Positions 61,234 to 64,000 of a stretch of 64,000 bases of DNA are shown here, one piece after another. The translations under genes were made by a program, and so were the position numbers. The stretch comes from Spirochaetaceae bacterium (GTDB lineage: Bacteria; Spirochaetota; Spirochaetia; CADAEX01): the NCBI GenBank assembly GCA_009780675.1, contig WQZP01000003.1:27427-91426 (forward strand), given 5' to 3'. The notes beneath the pieces were generated by a model, which saw only the letters and a program-made list of their open reading frames with translations, did no database searches and was not told the origin of the DNA. Every line of letters starts with the position of its first letter. Position 1 is the stretch's first letter.

Positions 61234-61944
61234 ATGTCGCTTATTGCGCACATTGAAGAACTGCGATGGACACTAATTCGTTGTGTTTGCGCTGTAATCA
61301 TTTGCGCGATTCCTGCTGGAATATTTTGGCGGCGCATATTCGAATTTATAGCTGTTTGGCCTCTTCACTTAAGCGAAACAGCTCCCCGCATAATCTACAC
61401 AGCGCCAGCAGAAGCTGTAATACTTATCTTTAAAATCGCCATAACCTGCGGCTTATTAATCGCCTCTCCGTTCATATTTTTCCAGATATGGCGTTTCGTT
61501 GCCCCAGGCCTGTACAAAAAAGAAAAAAGCGTAATTGTACCGGTAGTAATAGCGTCAACATTTTGCTTTTTGTCCGGCATTGTGTTTTGCTATTACCTCC
61601 TGCCCATTTTTCTTAAATTCTTAACAGGATTCGCTGCCGGACATATTGACCCGTTTTTTAGAATCAACGAATACTTCGGGTTTTTAATTAAAATGTGCCT
61701 TGCGTTTGGCCTTGCTTTTGAACTACCAGTCATTACATTTGTATTGTCAAAAATGGGAGTCATTGACCACCGGTTTATGATACGCTATTTCCGTTATGCG
61801 ATTGTACTGATATTCATAGCCGCGGCAATTGTCACCCCGACAATAGACATGATATCTCAATCACTTCTTGCAGTGCCAATCATAGCGCTCTATGCGCTTA
61901 GCATCATTATTGCTTATTTTACAAGCCAGAAGGAAAAGGGATAA
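61234..61944 (+). CDS. tatC: twin-arginine translocase subunit TatC
   Basis: MSLIAHIEELRWTLIRCV... and 6 TM segments. The start is set at the ATG after an AAGGA SD. The track ORF starts 14 codons upstream, overlapping tatA. Confidence 0.88.
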   Translation: MSLIAHIEELRWTLIRCVCAVIICAIPAGIFWRRIFEFIAVWPLHLSETAPRIIYTAPAEAVILIFKIAITCGLLIASPFIFFQIWRFVAPGLYKKEKSVIVPVVIASTFCFLSGIVFCYYLLPIFLKFLTGFAAGHIDPFFRINEYFGFLIKMCLAFGLAFELPVITFVLSKMGVIDHRFMIRYFRYAIVLIFIAAAIVTPTIDMISQSLLAVPIIALYALSIIIAYFTSQKEKG

Positions 61945-62105
61945 TGGCTGGAGTTGGGTTTTTCGAGATACTTTTGGTTTTGATACTGGTAATTATTTTT
62001 GTTGACCCGAAGCATATTCCGGGTTTGTTGCGCAGGAGTTTAAAAATCGCGCACAAAGTACGCACAGAGATCCGCAAGATCTTGGATGATGTTAATAAAC
62101 TGTGA
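61944..62105 (+). CDS. tatB: TatA/TatB-family protein (53 aa)
   Basis: Manually translated as MAGVGFFEILLVLILVIIFVDPKHIPGLLRRSLKIAHKVRTEIRKILDDVNKL*. Its ATG overlaps the tatC stop (TAATG). Confidence 0.7.
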   Translation: MAGVGFFEILLVLILVIIFVDPKHIPGLLRRSLKIAHKVRTEIRKILDDVNKL

Positions 62106-62139
62106 TTTTAATCCAGAAGAAGATACAGGAGGGTGTTTG

Positions 62140-63615
62140 ATGGAGAACAATATGGGAAATAATATAGAGAATAATATGGAAACTAATATAGAAGATAATA
62201 TAGACAACAATATCAAAGCTAACATGAACAATGACAAGCCATGTGGCATGAACCGCCGCGGATTCATAAAACTTGTGGGCGCTGGCGCTGTAGCGGGTAC
62301 TGCGCTTGCAACTCTTGGCAGCTGCGGCAAAACACGCGCGCCTCAGGCAAGGGTCATACCAACCGACAAGATGACCTATCGCGTTGACCCCAAGAGCGGA
62401 AACAACCTCTCTCTTCTGGGTTTTGGCATGATGAGGCTGCCAAGAGTTGTGCGCAGACGCGGGGAATCCCTTCCCAATGTGAATGACCTTGACCAGGAAG
62501 CAGTTAACGAACTTGTGGACTATGCCATTGCGCATGGAGTAAATGTTTTCGACACAGCGCCACCATACTGCAAAGGGTTTTCCGAAAAAGCAACAGGAGA
62601 AGCATTAAGCCGCCATCCCCGCAATAAATACTTTATCGCTACCAAGATGTCCAATCGCGGCGCTTCTGCCTCGCGCGCCGGCTCACTCAGAATGTATCAC
62701 AAATCATTTGAAGATTTGAAGGTTGACTATATTGACTACTACTTCCTGCACTCCCCAACCAGCCACAGAAATTTCAGGGAACGCTACATTGATAACGGCA
62801 TCCTCGACTTCCTGGTTAAAGAAAAAGAAGCAGGACGCATACGGAATTTGGGCTGGTCGTTCCACGGGGATGGTAATTTTTTCGAGTATATGTCATCCGG
62901 CAAATACCCCTGGGACTTTACAATGATAGCACTGAGCTATCTTGATTGGTGGCACATGGGAGCAAGGTGGGCAGGAAGTACCAACATGGAAGCGCAGCGA
63001 AAGTACGATATTCTTGTCCAAAACAACATCCCTATCTGGATAATGTCTCCGGTTTTGGGCGGCGGCCTTGCAATGCCGCACTTTAGGGCAAGAGAACAGA
63101 TGGCGCAGGAAGACCCTAACGTTAGCTCAGCATCATGGGCGTTTCGCTTTGCAGGGAACTTGCCAAATGTTGTCACAGTGTTAAGCGGCATGACCTTTAT
63201 GGATCACTTGAAGGACAATATATATACACACTCGCCACTTGCGCCCCTTAGTGATTCCGAAAAAAGGATGCTCGAAGAAATCTCCCAAATAATGCTTGAG
63301 AAGCGAACCATAAATTGCACGAAGTGTCAGTACTGTATGCCTTGTCCTTATGGCATTGATATTCCGGAAATACTTATACATTACAATCGCAGCTTGAACG
63401 AGGGCAATTACCCGGAAGACAGGCAATGCCCGGATTTCAGGAGAGCGCGGCGCGCGTTTTTGGTTGGGATGGACAGACGCATCTCACCGTTACGCCAGGC
63501 AAACAGATGTATCAATTGCAAATTGTGCATCCCTACTTGTCCGCAGAGAATAAATATCCCGCAAGAATTACGGCGAATAGCTAAATTTGTTGAGTCATTA
63601 AGGGTCGAGGGTTAA
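62140..63615 (+). CDS. aldo/keto reductase with C-terminal 4Fe-4S ferredoxin domain (COG1453-like), carrying a twin-arginine signal peptide
   Basis: AGGAGGG SD 6 nt upstream of the ATG at 62140. An Asn-rich n-region precedes MNRRGFIKLVGAGAVAGTALATLGSCG (RR motif + h-region, possible lipobox). The AKR block is GFGMMRLP...NVFDTAPPYCKGFSE. The C-terminus has CTKCQYCMPCPYG and CINCKLCIPTCP. Confidence 0.75.
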   Translation: MENNMGNNIENNMETNIEDNIDNNIKANMNNDKPCGMNRRGFIKLVGAGAVAGTALATLGSCGKTRAPQARVIPTDKMTYRVDPKSGNNLSLLGFGMMRLPRVVRRRGESLPNVNDLDQEAVNELVDYAIAHGVNVFDTAPPYCKGFSEKATGEALSRHPRNKYFIATKMSNRGASASRAGSLRMYHKSFEDLKVDYIDYYFLHSPTSHRNFRERYIDNGILDFLVKEKEAGRIRNLGWSFHGDGNFFEYMSSGKYPWDFTMIALSYLDWWHMGARWAGSTNMEAQRKYDILVQNNIPIWIMSPVLGGGLAMPHFRAREQMAQEDPNVSSASWAFRFAGNLPNVVTVLSGMTFMDHLKDNIYTHSPLAPLSDSEKRMLEEISQIMLEKRTINCTKCQYCMPCPYGIDIPEILIHYNRSLNEGNYPEDRQCPDFRRARRAFLVGMDRRISPLRQANRCINCKLCIPTCPQRINIPQELRRIAKFVESLRVEG

Positions 63616-63618
63616 TAT

Positions 63619-64000
63619 ATGTTGAAAAAAATTCGTGTTATCATTGCTGCATTTTTTATACTTGCAATAACCTTGCTTTTTCTTGATTATACTGGAACTG
63701 TACACGCCTATTTGGGGTGGTGCGCCAGAGTGCAATTTATCCCAGCGCTTCTTGCTTTTAACATTATGGTTTTTGTTGTACTGATGGTCATAACGTTCCT
63801 GCTGGGGCGCGTTTATTGTTCAACTATTTGCCCTTTGGGAATTTTTCAGGACATTGTTTCACGATTTGCCGGCATATTTAAGAAAAACCGTTTTTCTTAT
63901 CGCCCGTCGCAAAAAATATTTGTTGGCTTGCGATTTGCTTTGCTTGGGATATTTACTCTTGCAGTTATAGTCAACATCGCCATAATTACAGTGTTGCTGG
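63619..64000 (+). CDS. NapH/MauN-like polyferredoxin membrane protein, 3' truncated by window edge
   Basis: Manually translated as MLKKIRVIIAAFFILAITLLFLDYTG...GRVYCSTICPLGIFQD..., which has the CxxxCP motif. No stop within the window. Confidence 0.6.
   Translation, partial: MLKKIRVIIAAFFILAITLLFLDYTGTVHAYLGWCARVQFIPALLAFNIMVFVVLMVITFLLGRVYCSTICPLGIFQDIVSRFAGIFKKNRFSYRPSQKIFVGLRFALLGIFTLAVIVNIAIITVLL

Noticed and set aside
1-64000. Searched for CRISPR arrays, rRNA genes, IS/transposase or integrase ORFs and for fusA
   Set aside because: No regularly spaced direct repeats, no rRNA-like conserved segments, and no transposase or integrase motifs were found in any track ORF. fusA is not in this window.

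Overview
Low-GC (~33% by eye) bacterial chromosomal window. The 22–49 kb core is one of the most conserved gene blocks in bacteria, all on the minus strand:

- secE-nusG and rplKAJL-rpoBC.
- rpsL-rpsG directly followed by tuf, with no fusA between them.
- The S10, spc and alpha ribosomal operons, from rpsJ through rpoA-rplQ.
- tRNA-Thr, rpmG and tRNA-Trp upstream of secE.

The 5' flank (1–22 kb) holds:

- fabF (partial), an AraC-family regulator, and grpE-dnaK-dnaJ.
- A 1167-aa membrane-anchored coiled-coil protein ending in a LuxR/sigma-region-4-like HTH.
- A HAD hydrolase, der, ptsI, a GerMN protein, tlyA, ymdB-rny, and a 999-aa poly-acidic repeat protein.

The 3' flank (49.8–64 kb) holds:

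- An orphan PAS sensor kinase, an FGGY kinase, a long Prs, a KamA-family radical SAM protein with a TM2 mini-protein, and a Lys-rich HTH protein.
- rdgB and pepF.
- An MNT/HEPN toxin–antitoxin cassette that sits between two perfect 31-bp direct repeats duplicating the last codons of pepF.
- tatA-tatC-tatB, immediately followed by a twin-arginine-signal aldo/keto-reductase with a 4Fe-4S domain and a NapH-like polyferredoxin that is truncated at the window end.

No rRNA, CRISPR array or transposase was seen. The ORF track reports TTG/GTG/CTG starts as 'M'; where an ATG or GTG with a good SD lay just inside the ORF, the start was adjusted.
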